Origin: Paragordius varius
Lineage: Eukaryota > Animalia > Nematomorpha
NCBI GenBank assembly: GCA_964247055.1
Contig: OZ176055.1
Coordinates: forward strand, 6,200,001-6,264,000
Direction of reading: 5' to 3'
Length of the DNA stretch: 64,000 nt
Shown here: positions 34,179-47,300 of the stretch, piece by piece
Layout of the letters: each line of letters opens with the position of its first letter
Numbering within the stretch: the stretch's first letter is position 1
The notes under the pieces: generated by a model
Told to the model about the DNA's origin: nothing
The model's database searches: none
The model's input: only the letters and a program-made list of their open reading frames with translations
Made by a program: the position numbers and the translations under genes

Positions 34179-37100
34179 ATGTCAACGAAAAAAGGTATTT
34201 TTTAAAAAGAAATAAAAAAATAGTTACTGTAAAATGGAATAAACAAGTGTTTAACATTGATGTTGACACTTCTGATAAACCAGCACTTTTAAAATCGCAA
34301 TTATATTCTTTATCTGGAGTTGTACCTGAAAGACAAAAAATATTAATGAAAGGCCGTGCCCTAAAATCAGATGAAAATTGGGAAAATTTTATTATTTCCG
34401 ACGTAAATTGGAACCTTATTTATATAATAGGGAGCAACACTGTTGATGCTAGGGTCTGCAGACAATCAAAATATTGATGCTGGCGCAAAAGAAATTTTAC
34501 AGGGTAATCATAATTTCACCCATAAATTGCTTAAATTTCAAACCGAATTTATTACCTAAATTTTGGTTTAAATTTTTTTTATCTGTTATCTGGGCTATAT
34601 TTATGTTTTGATTTCAATTAAAATATTTTTCAACGTCTTATTTTTTATATTTTCTTATGATAGTTAGATAAATTCTCCTTATTAGGGTTATTTTTTGTTT
34701 TTTCATAATTAGAAAAGGTAATTTTTGAGGAGGATGTTAGTGAGGCCAAGCTAGCCAAACTGTACGATCTCCCCCCTGGCATTATCAATCTTGGAAATAC
34801 ATGTTATATGAATGCTGTAATACAGTGCTTATTCAATGTTCCGCCATTAAAACATCGTATTTTAAAGTAAAAATATCGGATTTTATTGATTTTATAGATA
34901 ACGTTTGACGAAAAATGAAATTTTGCATTTCTTCGGTTGTCATAAATATTTTTTGCATAAACTTGGGGCTTTTTAGCATTGGGTTGAACTAATCTATTTT
35001 AAATATATTTATAGTTACAAATCGCAATCAAGTAACCGAAATGAAAATTTTCTAAACGGTACTATTATTACTTTATTGTCATGAAAAAAGTTTTACTTTT
35101 ATTTGTATATTCATTGATTTATACTTGTGATACTGTAAAAATTGACATATATTCATAAAAACTAATAATTTTATAGATTAAACATTTTTTTATATAACCT
35201 ATATGATATAATTGTGAAATGTAGAAGAGAGTGTGTTACTAATTTACATCTCTATTATTTATTTCGTATACCAAAACATTATGTTATATTACAACATCCT
35301 AAAAATATGGTTTATTAAAAATATTAGCCTTTTACTTTTTATGTTTTATCTTTTTAATTTTTAGCTTTGAAACAACTGTTTAGTGAATTGGGAAGAAATC
35401 CGACAGACTTTATACCAATTCTTTTTCTAAAAACATTCCATGAAACATTTCCCGATTTCGGGGAGCTGGAAAATGCTCAAAGTTTATTACATACCTTTAT
35501 ATTTTTTAATAAAAATTAGAAATTTTATTAATTTATTTTGTTTTGATCACAGGACAACTCAAAAAAATTATAATATAATTATTAGTAGATGGTTTTAAAC
35601 AGGGGGCTGTCCAACACAAATGGCATCGCGGACCGCAAATCAAAGATATAGTGGGCCGCATTTGATATATTTATGGGCATATATAAATGATTTTTTGGGT
35701 TTAAAACGTAAAACTGAAAATTAACAGACCCCCGTGCCGCGTATTGGACACCTCCGGTTTAAAACATATGTGTGACAAAATATTTTTAGTAATCATCTTA
35801 TATATACAAATGTGATATATTTTTATATCATGTTGATTTAAATTAACATAGGCTATCGCCAACAAGATGCAAATGAATGTTTAGTCCGAGTTCGTGAAAT
35901 ATTGGCTCATGGGTTAAAAGAGGTCATTTTTTATAAAATATTTGCCGTTAATTTTATGTGTAATTCGTTTTGCAAATAAGATTATAACAAATTAATTAAT
36001 AGAAGCATTTTAACATTAATAACGTGTAAAATCGATTATTTTGTTCGCGGATCCAATTTAAACAAATTATTTTTTAAACAACAATTAAGCTTAGTTTTTC
36101 TAACTTTCATATAATGTTGCAATTAAAGTAGATAAAAAATGCGAAAATTAGTTTTGCCCCTATATTATTAAAGAAAGTAAAGAGGTAAGCTAGGGATTAC
36201 TGTATACCCAAAAAGAGTGTATACAAAAGAATACGCTTGACTGTTTAAATGTGCATATATATATATATATATATTTGCAATTTTTAGGATCCATCAAACT
36301 CAGTCCATTTTATGGATAAATATTTTCGCGGTTCATTCGATGTCAAATTAACGTTGAATAATGAGACATTAGTCGATAACGAAAAGCAAGAATATGACTT
36401 AAAAGCCTCAAATGCCCTAAATATCGTGACGGGAAATGTTAAAGATATAAATAATCATAAGGAAACTATTGGTGAAAATGGTAAAAAAGATAAGATTATA
36501 AGTACAACTCATGAAGATTTTTTCCAACTTCGATGTTTCATAGATACTGGTATACCTTTTTTTTATTCATTTCATATTTTCAAGTTTTAATTTGGTTACC
36601 TTTGGAATGGTTAAACTATTTTAAATGCATTTGAGGATAAATATAATGTATTGAATTTATTGATGAAAATCTTTACTACGAATAAACAAATGCATATGTT
36701 ATTTTTAAACTCCAGGTTTTCATAATTTGTTAAATTTTTACTATATATTTCGGTAGATGTGAAATATCTCCATACTGGTCTTCAAAAGGTAAGTAATTAT
36801 TGATATTTGTTAAACTAATTTTAATTATACTAATTTTGGCAAAATATAAAAAATAAATGACTAATATTTTGATAATACAATATTTTTTGCCCTTGATCTA
36901 TAATAACCTTAATGATACGATTGTGAAATGTATTTAACAATGAATGCCCTACTTTTTTACATCTCTATTTTTGGCTATAAAAAACCAATTTTATAATTAT
37001 AAAAACATGGTTTTATTTGTTTTTTTATTGAAAAATATTAGTCATTTGTTTAATTTTGTCCATTTTAACATTGTTACTGGATTATTTTGATTTTCTCGAT

Positions 37101-40100
37101 ATTAAGGGATTGAGTGAAGAGATTGAAAAGTTTTCACCTGAACTTAACCGAAACGCTCTCTATACCAAACATGTATTTTTTTATTTTTACAAAAAATATA
37201 TATTGAATATATTATGTAATTTATTATAATTTTTTATCTATTAAGTATAAACTAATAATACCGTGCTAAAAAAATTTTATTTAAACTAAGTATCTTCTAA
37301 TATTTTATATTTTTTTTACTATAAAGTCAGAAATATCACGCCTTCCTGCCTATCTTATCGTGCAATTTGAACGCTTTTCTTTTAGCAAACAAACTGGAAA
37401 ATCGGCCAAAAAACTTAGGGTAACGTTAAATTTTTAACTATTTGCTGTTAAAATATTTCGATGTATAATTACTCTTATGGGGGAGAGTATTTCTTTTATC
37501 ATATGCCATGTTTGAAGTAACCATATTATAACCATTTTTAAATTCTCCAAGTATTTTTTATCAAAAATTATTGCATTCAAGTTAAAAATCATTCTTTTTT
37601 TAGATTCTATAAAATCAAAAGTTTGAATTAACTTTATCCGCTTTAACCAATAGGAGTTTATATATTATCTCTACATAATTAAAATCATATATTTTTATTT
37701 ATTTAGGAGGTAAAATTTCCAATAACTCTGGACCTTTTCGATTTTTGCACGGCAAATTTACGCGAAAAACTTCAAGCCATGCGTAAAGCTTATAAGCTTG
37801 TTGATGAAATAAATTTACGAAATCATTTGAATGCACACAAAAAGGATGATAATATCACCGATTTAAATCAACCATCACCAAAAAATAATGGGGAAACTGG
37901 TGTTGCTACTAAAAATATTGAACCAACTCTCGGTTTTTTACCTTAAATATATTATTTACAATTCAAGTTCACCCTTGAATTCAAATTCATCCTCAATTCA
38001 CCCTACAATTTAACTTCACCCTAAAAATAAATTATGTGTTTTTTGGCTAATATAACTCATCAATATATTTTTATGGCATAGTTTATTATTTTTTCAGTAT
38101 TATATTGAATTTAAACAAAATTCGATTTTTTTATAATATAAAAAATAGGTAATTTTTAACTTTAAAAACACATATTTTATTTTAGGGTAAATTTATCAAG
38201 GGTGAATTTGATTAATATAATAATTTATTTTTTTTACTTGGCTAACATTTTTCTTTGTGGAATAAATTGCCCTATTTTTTATACAGTGTGAATACCTATA
38301 AAATCTTGTTTTGTTTATTAATCATTGGATCTTCATCAAAATATGCCATCTGCCGAAAATTCATAAAAAGCAAGCAATGTATATTAAAAAATATTAACTA
38401 ACCTTTTTTTATATTTTTTTGGTAGATGCGTCAAAAGTCCTATCCATGACAAATACCGCTGTTTTGAAACGGGCAACTACCAATGAAGAACTATTGAAAC
38501 TTACTTCGTTTCCAGATGGTGGGTTTTTTTTCATATAAATTTTTAATTTAATTTTTGCTAGATAAATTTTAGGTCTGTAAAGCAATATTTTTTGTGTTAA
38601 AGTTTGAATCAGTTCACTTAATTTGGTATTTAACAAAAATTATTAAATTAACTTATAGTATAGCTTAGTTTTTGTATTAAAATATAAGAACAAGTCATCG
38701 CACGAAGTAATTATATCGTATTTATTTCTTAATCCGTGTATATCTTTACATTGCTCACTATATTTTTCACTGCTATCAATTTTCTTATGATCGTATTTTA
38801 TTAACAATTTTTTAAATAAAAAAAGAAGCACAATGTAACTACAAATGCAGCCATTAATTGTCCTATTTTGATTACTTTAAATAATACATTTACATTTTGT
38901 TCCTTCGAACCGGATGTTTCGACACATGTAAAAAATAAATATAAAGGAGCAATCCTTTTGAACGCCCTCGTCAGATTTGAATTGGTTTTGGCTTCTAGTA
39001 ATATAAACAACATCAAGGCGCGGCGTGCTATGACACAAATTATACACCAAATCTGTTTTTTTGGCAAAATGCCACCACATTTATGATTTGGCTAAACGAC
39101 GAATAACAATCAAAATCTAGGATGACTGCGAAATTTATTGTGCATCCAACGCGCAATTTAGTTGTAAAGCTTTCCTTTGTTACCGTATAATGTGGTTTAT
39201 AGTAACTCTGCCGTTCAAATTAAAACCCACTTTGGGGGACTCGTATGAATTATGCCGTAATTCGATACATGAATTTGGAGAGAAAATTAAATAAAAATCT
39301 ATTTCTTAAGGCTGAATATTCCACATTTATTGGAAAATATAAAAATTTGGGCCATATGAAACTTGCATCTGGAACTCCAATCAACGATTCTCACTATGTG
39401 CCACATCAGGCGGTAACAATGGATAACAAAGGGGAGCTCAACAAATAAATCTGGCGAAGTGTTTGATGCATCGTTTAGATTAATATTGCATGTCGATAAA
39501 TGATTGCTTGTTTGGTTCAACTATTTCAAGAGGAGATATTTTCACTTTATTATTAAGATTTAGGAGGCACAAATATGCTGTGACAACAGATATCGAGAAA
39601 GTGTATCGAGAAATATTGATCATCAAAGGTAACGACAGATTTTGTGGAGATATAGTTTAAAGGAAAACATTAAAACGTTTAACCTTAAAACGGTCACATA
39701 TGAGACCGCTTCGGCTCCATTCTTGGCAATTTGATCGCTACATCAATTAGCAATGGAAAACATAAATCAATATCCAGATAAAATTATAGTCGTACGGGTG
39801 CAAATACAATTCATCAGGCAGATCTCTTGAGATAGCGAATCACCAAAATCTTATCATTGGAAAAATTTCAAAAATGGCAACCGAATTATGAATTTAAAAA
39901 GAACAATGAAATAAACAACCGTTAAATTAGCTAATGAGACCATCACAAAGGTTTAAAATAAAGATGGATTCCATATATTGATATTTTCTACTTTAACATT
40001 TTAAGTAAAGATAAATTAACCAAACGAAATATCAACGATTGCTTAATTAGGGCCTTTAATCACTCACGCCAAAATTATAATGCAAAGGTTTTGGCACCTA

Positions 40101-43100
40101 AAGTTGAATTGGAATGACAATGTTCCACCTTATATTGGCGATATATAGATAGAATTTTGGATTCGATTCAATAGGGTGCACTCATTAGAGGTCCCGCGAT
40201 TCATAATATCAGACTTTACGGTAAATTTGGAGAGACATGGTTTTTATGATGCGAGTGAAATCACTTACGGAGCATGTATGTACCTAAGAACTGTAACGAA
40301 TAATATCTGAAATTGTTGTTTAATATGCTCCAAGTCACGTGTTGCTCCATCAAAGCTTTCGGAAATTGCTATGTAACTTAATTGATAAGACGGCTAAATT
40401 ATTGAAATTATCATGGATAAAGTTATGTTGGACGGATTCAAACATTGTTGTTTTTGCATGGATTTGAAATCCCCTAATAATTGAAAAACATTTGTGGCAG
40501 ACCGAGTCAAGTAAATTCAATGTAAAACAAAGGATTTTGCTTGGATTCACGTTAAAGGATATGTAATCCTGCTAATTTATTGTCTTTTATATGTTGTCCA
40601 AACGATTTTAAACAGGCGTAGTTTGCTGTTTTCAATTAGTCGTCAAAGGGACGCTTTCCGCAAGATAATCTCATTAATGAGATTCAGGACCCGCTGTGGG
40701 CACAATAACAGTTTCTTTGACAGACATTCGTCGTTTAGCAAAATCATCAATGTGGTGACATTTTGTCAAACGTTTATCAGCAATCTTAAAACACCGAAAC
40801 CAAGAAACCCGACCGCAATTCAGCCATTAACCACAGCAGAAAAACGCAAAATAATACAAGAGGAACACTTTTACCATGATAAAAAATCTTTTACAGTTAT
40901 TCCCTTATTATGAGAGTCGGTGGGCGTTTGCAATATTCTCAACCTTCGTTCGATGCCAAACCCATACAATTGCTTGCTAAATCACGCTCCAAATTAATAC
41001 GAATGAATCATTTAAACACCTTCCACGGAGAGAGGCATCTTACAATTAATGCGATTAGATCAAAATGTTGGATAGTGCAATAACGCAACTCAGTTAAGTA
41101 AATAATTAAGTGTGGTTCAATTTTAGAGCTTACCCTTGCCAAACATCGTTCCTTATGAGTAATGTTCCTATAAATCGCTTGCCTCCATAGCATCCTTTCT
41201 CACATGTTGGGGTTGACTTTTTTGGGCCCCTTACTATTCATGGAAGGAAAAAGAAGAGCTAGTTTGTATACCAAAGCTTATAGGGCCGTTTTTGCCTGTT
41301 TTTCCGCAAAGGCCGATCATATTCAACTAGTGTCGGATCTAACAACTTCAGGGTTTTCTAAGCTCTCAAAACGAGTTATTGCAAGAAGAACTAGTTCCTC
41401 AGATATTTACAGTAATAAAGAATTTTATCGGTGCTAATCGTGAATTGTACAAGGCATGGAAATTATTTGTTTTACAATAACAAAGATTCCCATCAAATGA
41501 CTTAAATAAATTGGCATTTCACCAGCAGCACCTCAATTTGGAGGGCCATGAGAAGCCCCTGTAAAATTCATCAAACATCATTTAAATATTATCAAGCCTC
41601 TAACTTTTGAGGAAATGGTTTGACTCTTTTAACTATGATTGAGCAAATTCTGAATTATCGGCCACAAAGCTTTTACCAGATGATACTAATGACTTAAATG
41701 CGGTGACACCCAATCATTTTTTATTAGTTTAATCAAATTCATATCCAGAACCATATAACATAAAACTACGATGACCAATAGATGGTAACATATAGAGTTA
41801 CTTGGCCAACATTTTTGATCCGATGCTCCAATGATAATTTAAATTTAATGCAAAAATGAAACAAACCGAAAAATAAAAATTTGTCCGGGTTTACTGGTTA
41901 TAATCAAAGAGCCTAACTTGGCACTACTACAGTGGAAACTTGGCCAAATCAAGGAAGTCTGCCCTGGTTCTGATGAAGTCGTTAGAGTGGTACTGCTCTC
42001 ATCTAATAAAATGACTAAAAGACCTTTGATAAGTCTGTATTCGCTACCTATATTGGACGATTGATCGTTCAATATGGAGAATATGTTAGCCCTTAGTTTT
42101 TGAATTAACATAAAAAACAACACATCGCTCGAATTAATCATTTAATTTTTTTTACTTTTTAATCCATCTAAACCTTTATATTATTCAATATATATTCACT
42201 ACTATCAATTCACAATGGGATTTTATTAACATTTTTTAATATTAAATAAGAAACACAATTTAAATATCAATCGTCAGCCATATTCCCTCTTTTTGTTTTT
42301 TGAATTTTAACACTTCATGACCTTTTACGGTAGTTTTCTATCCAAAAGCGATTTGAAATTATAGTTTAATAATTAATAAGGTATCTGGCCAAATTTAAAA
42401 ATATGTTTTCTTTAGCCTTTTAGGTGGATAATATATATTTTATTTTGTAAAATTGCAGAAAAATCCTCGTCTCAAACTTTTTCGCTGCCATTTTGTTCTT
42501 TAAATTTTTTTCAAATCGCTAATATAATATGCATATAAATGTAAATTAGGGTTAGAAAATGTAAATAATGAACTTTAGTAGGCTTTATTGCATTTTATTA
42601 GCAATTGATAATAAATATTGTTTTAAAATCAGCTATTTAGTTCAATCGTGTTACGGGGCTGTCCCATTTTTAGACTTTAGAAGTCACAAAATAGTAAAAA
42701 TAATTGTTTTATGTAATACAAGAGAACAATGTTTGATAATTATATTTTAATTAAAATAACTTTCAAAACAGAAGTGTTTTTACAAGATTGAGCCCTGGGA
42801 TATTACACTTTCCCAATATGTCATAACAGACAACTGAAAAGGTCATGCATGCAGTGTTAGATAAATATGCACTCACATATATTAATTCTTCGGAAATTAT
42901 TTTTTAATTATTAGATGAAGGCTCCAACAATAGTGGATATTACGATCTAAATGCCGTATTAACGCACCAAGGTCGAACACTAAACAGTGGACATTATATT
43001 GCTTGGGTCAAACGAAATGGTAAAATCCCATATAAATTTTTATTTAATTACAATAAAAACATTCAAAGTAAGAAAATTATATTTTTTGTTTCTTTTTTGC

Positions 43101-43688
43101 AAATATCCTCCATAATTACAATCTTAAAATATAAAATTGACTTTCACATCTTAACCCATTTTCTAATACAAAACGTTAGTAAATATAAATCAAGGTGGAA
43201 AAATATGTTTTTTTTATAAAAATACACTTCTTATTTACTTTTTCTCTTTAGATTAATATTCCTTTATTTTTTATTTATTTTCGCCCATAGATATTTGGTA
43301 TAAATGCGATGATAATGATATTACACCAGTTACTGAGGAACATATACTGAAGCTTGCTGGAGGAGGTATATTATAAAAATTTAAAACAATTATTTGAATA
43401 GTTTGGAGTTAATTGTCATATTTGTATTGTTTGATTTTTTTATTTCCGCAAATTGGGGAGAAATAGCTTTATGAATCCCACAATCAAAATAAATTTTATG
43501 CATTTTTTTATTAATAATTAGGTAAAACACATGTGTTTACCTCTATTGGTTTAAAATTATGTCAATACCAAAAACATTTATTCTCAGAATTTGTATTTGA
43601 TATTAACAAAAAATATCTGTGATTAGGAGATTGGCATATGGCTTATGTACTTCTTTACGGTCCACATAATGTACCACCTGCTAAATGA
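34179..43688 (+). CDS. USP14: Ubiquitin carboxyl-terminal hydrolase 14 (UBL + USP domain), 15 exons, ~524 aa
   Basis: Exons 34179-34194, 34224-34402, 34431-34503, 34713-34866, 35015-35058, 35365-35481, 35852-35922, 36288-36549, 36757-36788, 37107-37172, 37327-37419, 37707-37932, 42915-43019, 43291-43365, 43627-43688 (1575 nt). VTVKW UBL start, GATLLMLGSAD, Cys box NLGNTCYMNAVIQC, QQDANEC, SRLPAYL, His box YDLNAVLTHQGR..SGHY, GGGDWHMAYVLLYGP. Confidence 0.96.
35600..35756. mobile_element. hAT MITE in a USP14 intron
   Basis: CAGGGGGCTGTCCAA / TTGGACACCTCCG; GGGCCGCA motif; TSD gttttaaa/gtttaaaa (7/8). Confidence 0.7.
38290..42100 (+). mobile_element. Decayed BEL/Pao LTR retrotransposon (gag-pol remnants) in USP14 intron 12, sense orientation
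   Basis: RT remnants LERKLNKN..LKAEY..FIGKY.NLGHM..YVPHQAV..LRSVFDAS; FTLLLRFRRHKYAVTTDIEKVYREI; TVTYETASAPFLA; RNase H FYDASEITYGAC; integrase HVGVDFLGP..CFSAKA.HIQLVSDLTT; C-terminal PGSDEVVRVV..KRPLI. Many stops and frameshifts; no LTR pair found. Confidence 0.9.
42311..42856. mobile_element. piggyBac-like MITE (family of 8421-9200)
   Basis: TTAA|CACTTCATGACCTTTT ... AAAAGGTCATGCATGCAGTG|TTAG; internal GAGCCCTGGG and TTTTAGACT family motifs. Confidence 0.7.
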
Positions 43689-43854
43689 TCACGCATCGAT
43701 TGTGCTGTGTCTATTTGTTAACTACCATTTTGTTTTTTATATACATTGCATGTGCATAAGATTTATAATATGCTCAAAAATAAATTTAAATGCTCATTAT
43801 TATATTCTATAAATTATACTGATGAATTATATATATATATATATATTATATATA

Positions 43855-44840
43855 GAGAGTACTTAGGTTTTGGGGCTTATATTTTTTAATTGCTCCACAA
43901 CGATAAACAATTATTGAATAAAAATTTAGGTGAAATTTAAAAATTATCATAAAAATATATCATATATATTTAAAAAAGCAAACAATATAAAATTTAAATG
44001 TGAGCTTAAAGTCCCAATTTTGGACATCTTCATTAATTTTTTTAAATGGCCAGATAACCCTATACATTTTAAACATATCCTAATAGAATATGACATCAAA
44101 ATAAGTTGAAAAGACTCATACATCGCTAAATTCCTTTTAATATCGTTGAGGCGTATTTTATCGTATGTTGATTGGAGCATGGTCGAAAGGGTATAAAAAC
44201 ACTTAAATTTTACTCTTTGTATTATTCAAAGTGAAGAATATCCCCTCAGAATTTTAAATGGCCTGGTTTGCATTCAATGAAAAAACACAATTTATATTTG
44301 GCTTAATTTAAAGTCGAAAAAATCTTATATAAAAATTTTGGGGTGATAGGTAATTTTAGCAGCATTAATTCAATAGAACAATATTTTGTTGTATTTTAAA
44401 GTGTTAAAATACCGTTTCACCATTAAGCTTTATCATACCATATACTCTTTAACAAAATTTTGCTAAAATATTGTTAAGCAATATGCTTTTTTTCGAAGTA
44501 ACTTATTTTGATGTCATATTCTAGATTATATTATACGTTGTTATCGTGCAATCACGGGCGGCTCTTGCGATTATTTTGAGAAGGCCTAATTTAGAGGCCA
44601 AAAATTTGAATCTTTTGGAACCCACATCTAAAAATTAGAGTTTAATAGAGATATTGTTTCGTTTTTTATTATACTTAATAGTAATTAAGATGTTTTGGTT
44701 TGGAGTTTTTAACTTGCACCATTCATATATGCGCATGCTAATTTTGCGTTCGATATGGGGCAATTACCACAAAAGTATAAATAATTGGCTTAAATAATCT
44801 TGTAAGCCCCAAAACTAAAGCCTTAATATATTCTATGGGT
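43855..44840. mobile_element. Possible TA-flanked MITE (related to 2543-3435)
   Basis: GGTTTTGGGGCTTA (43866) mirrored by TAAGCCCCAAAACT (44803); internal inverted TGACATCAAAATAAGT / ACTTATTTTGATGTCA. Confidence 0.45.
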
Positions 44841-45029
44841 ATATTTTTGTTGATGAATAATGTTTAGTTATTCAAATATTCGTTTGTAATCTTTGTGTTT
44901 CTGGGTGTACTTTGCGAAAATTTTTATAATTTATTTTACATACATTGTTTTCCCCCTTCTATCAATGAATAAATACTTAAATTGAAAAAGCTGGATTGTT
45001 TCATTTATTATAAAATATTTTATTTATCC

Positions 45030-45470
45030 GAATTGGATATTGCTCCCCCAAGGGCCTTGGACCGATATTGCTAAAGACAAATTCACTAATTTTTACATTT
45101 GTACCAAGTAAAGCCGATTCTAGCCAGATATACAAAACCGCAATTGATAATTTCGATACTCATCATATTTATCAATTGCTATGGTATGATGACGAAATAT
45201 TAAAATATCAAATAAAAAAGTACCATACATGTAACCTAAATAATTTAAAAGAATTCATTTGACCTTATGAAATAGTATCGAAATAACGTAAGGACAAAGA
45301 GTAATCATTCAAACTAGGAATATTGTGTTTAATATACATATAACCAAATCATCGGCATTTAGAGATTATATTATATAAAAATTATTTTATTGAATTGGTA
45401 TTTCGATTGAATAACATCAATTAATTTCGCAAAAAAGAGAAACGGTACTGATTATTATCACTTTTATATA
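45030..45470 (-). mobile_element. RTE-like LINE reverse-transcriptase relic
   Basis: Minus-strand remnants SVPFLFFAKLID, NADDLVI (YADD motif), CGFVYLARI, RSKALGGA in the expected RT order; multiple stops. Confidence 0.6.
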
Positions 45471-45774
45471 ACTTTAAGTTTTAATATATAATATGCTTTT
45501 AAAGCAATAGCAATAATAATATTTTAATTTCCTTAATTAATTTAACAGATGAATCTTCAAAAACTTTACAATGTTTAATAATATTTATGTGCATTACTAT
45601 CTGAAAATTGTTTATATTATCATAAATTGACATAAATAGATAAAATTTTGAATGCAATATTTCTGTATTTTGGGCATAAATGGTTATCATCGTAGGGCTA
45701 AAAAATCTAAGATCATACTTTCAAAAACTAAACTCCAATTCAAAAGAGCGAAACCTTATTTCATACATTTTTAA

Positions 45775-46070
45775 AAAGATTTTTGACTCATATTTTATAT
45801 TTTTTAAAAATATCACTATTTTAATCTCATGATTTATAATTATTTGTCGCCAAATATCTTTTTCATATGATTTTCTTAAAATATTAAAACGGTTTAATTT
45901 TTTTAATTAAAGAATAAGTCAAAACCTCAACTCTATTTCAAACAAAATTTATATCCTTACCTAAAAAGACTTTTTGTATAATTGTATTTTATATATTATT
46001 TTAAAAATCTCACTATTTTAATCACATGAGTTATAATTATTTGTCGCCAAATATTTTTTTCAAATATTTT
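45775..46070 (+). repeat. Two-copy tandem duplication, ~190-bp period
   Basis: CACTATTTTAATC.CATGA.TTATAATTATTTGTCGCCAAATAT occurs at ~45814 and ~46011. Confidence 0.75.
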
Positions 46071-46243
46071 GTTTCATAATTATAACGGTTTATTTTCGAA
46101 ACTTATTTTTTTAAATGAAATAATAAATTTTTTTTCCATATTAAATAGATATCTTTTGTAGCTTTTAATCCTTTGCACAGTGTTAAAAAATATTTGTGGT
46201 ATATAGGTGACGCATACGAATATTTCTAGTTAATCTTCTTACC

Positions 46244-46274
<31 letters not shown>

Positions 46275-47300
46275 AAATGATATGTTGAATCAATTGAACA
46301 CAAAATAATTTATTAAAACCTCTTTTTCTAAAAATAAACTCTTCCCAAACAATGGTCAAAATAGTAAATTAATATTGAAATTTAATTTACCAGCACAAAT
46401 TATATTCGATTTTTGGCTTAGTAAATATAGTATAAAACATTATCAGTAGGCTAAATAAACAATGTTACCTCTATTTTCTGTAGATAATTATTATATTATA
46501 TTTTATTCAGATAACTAATTAAATTAATTGCTGCAAATTACATTTGTTATAATATTGAAGGAGAAAAATAGGAAAAATTAATTATTATCATCATATTTTT
46601 CTTATAAAAACTGTCATATTTTTTATTTGATTTCACAGAATATTTTTGTTATATTATTTCTGTATATTGACTGAACTTTCTTCTTCTTTTTTAATAGAAA
46701 ATAATTATTGTAGTAGAAATATAATAAATAGTGATAAATCCACCAATTATAAATTTATTTATCGTTATAGATAAAGAATATAATATTTATAAATAACAGT
46801 GTGTATATATGTTAATTTATGACAGAATGTATGATGAAAGATTTAACCTGTAATGTTATCTTCTTACCTTTACTGCGTATAGTATAGAATAGTCTCTTTT
46901 ATTGTGTGCAGCACAAGGAAAAACCTTAATCTAGTAAGTAAGGAAAAATAGATATTCACATATTTTTTTTCATATTAAATTATTAAAACATATACAGTAC
47001 AAAAATGGTAGTATATGTCATGCTTAAAATTATTAAGCAAAGTAAAAAATGTTTTCTCCTCAATGAATTTCTTTCACCAATTTTTAAATAACACAATTAT
47101 TCATTTGATTCGTTAAATGAATCCTGCCATAACGAAAAAGTGATTTTTTTCTCACCACGAAATTGCAGACTGTTACAGATCAATGGACTTGATTGAATCA
47201 CAATTTATCTGGTTTTTTCCACATTAATGTTAATTTTCGGAGAATTTTTAACACTTGTTATCAATGATAATAATTGGAATTATGCTATCCAAAACATTCA

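Noticed and set aside
34171-34181. AG just before the USP14 ATG as evidence of spliced-leader trans-splicing
   Set aside because: The other gene starts checked (ERLEC1, TTLL15, CULT) lack such an AG, and a cis donor lies 23 nt upstream; SL trans-splicing is unsupported here.
38400-39080. Minus-strand ORFs suggesting an internal inversion in the BEL element
   Set aside because: Plus-strand frames carry gag-knuckle, protease and FW..E remnants in the expected order, so no inversion is needed.
42781-42880. Possible extra USP14 exon before the His-box exon
   Set aside because: It lies within the piggyBac-like MITE and has stops in the required phase.
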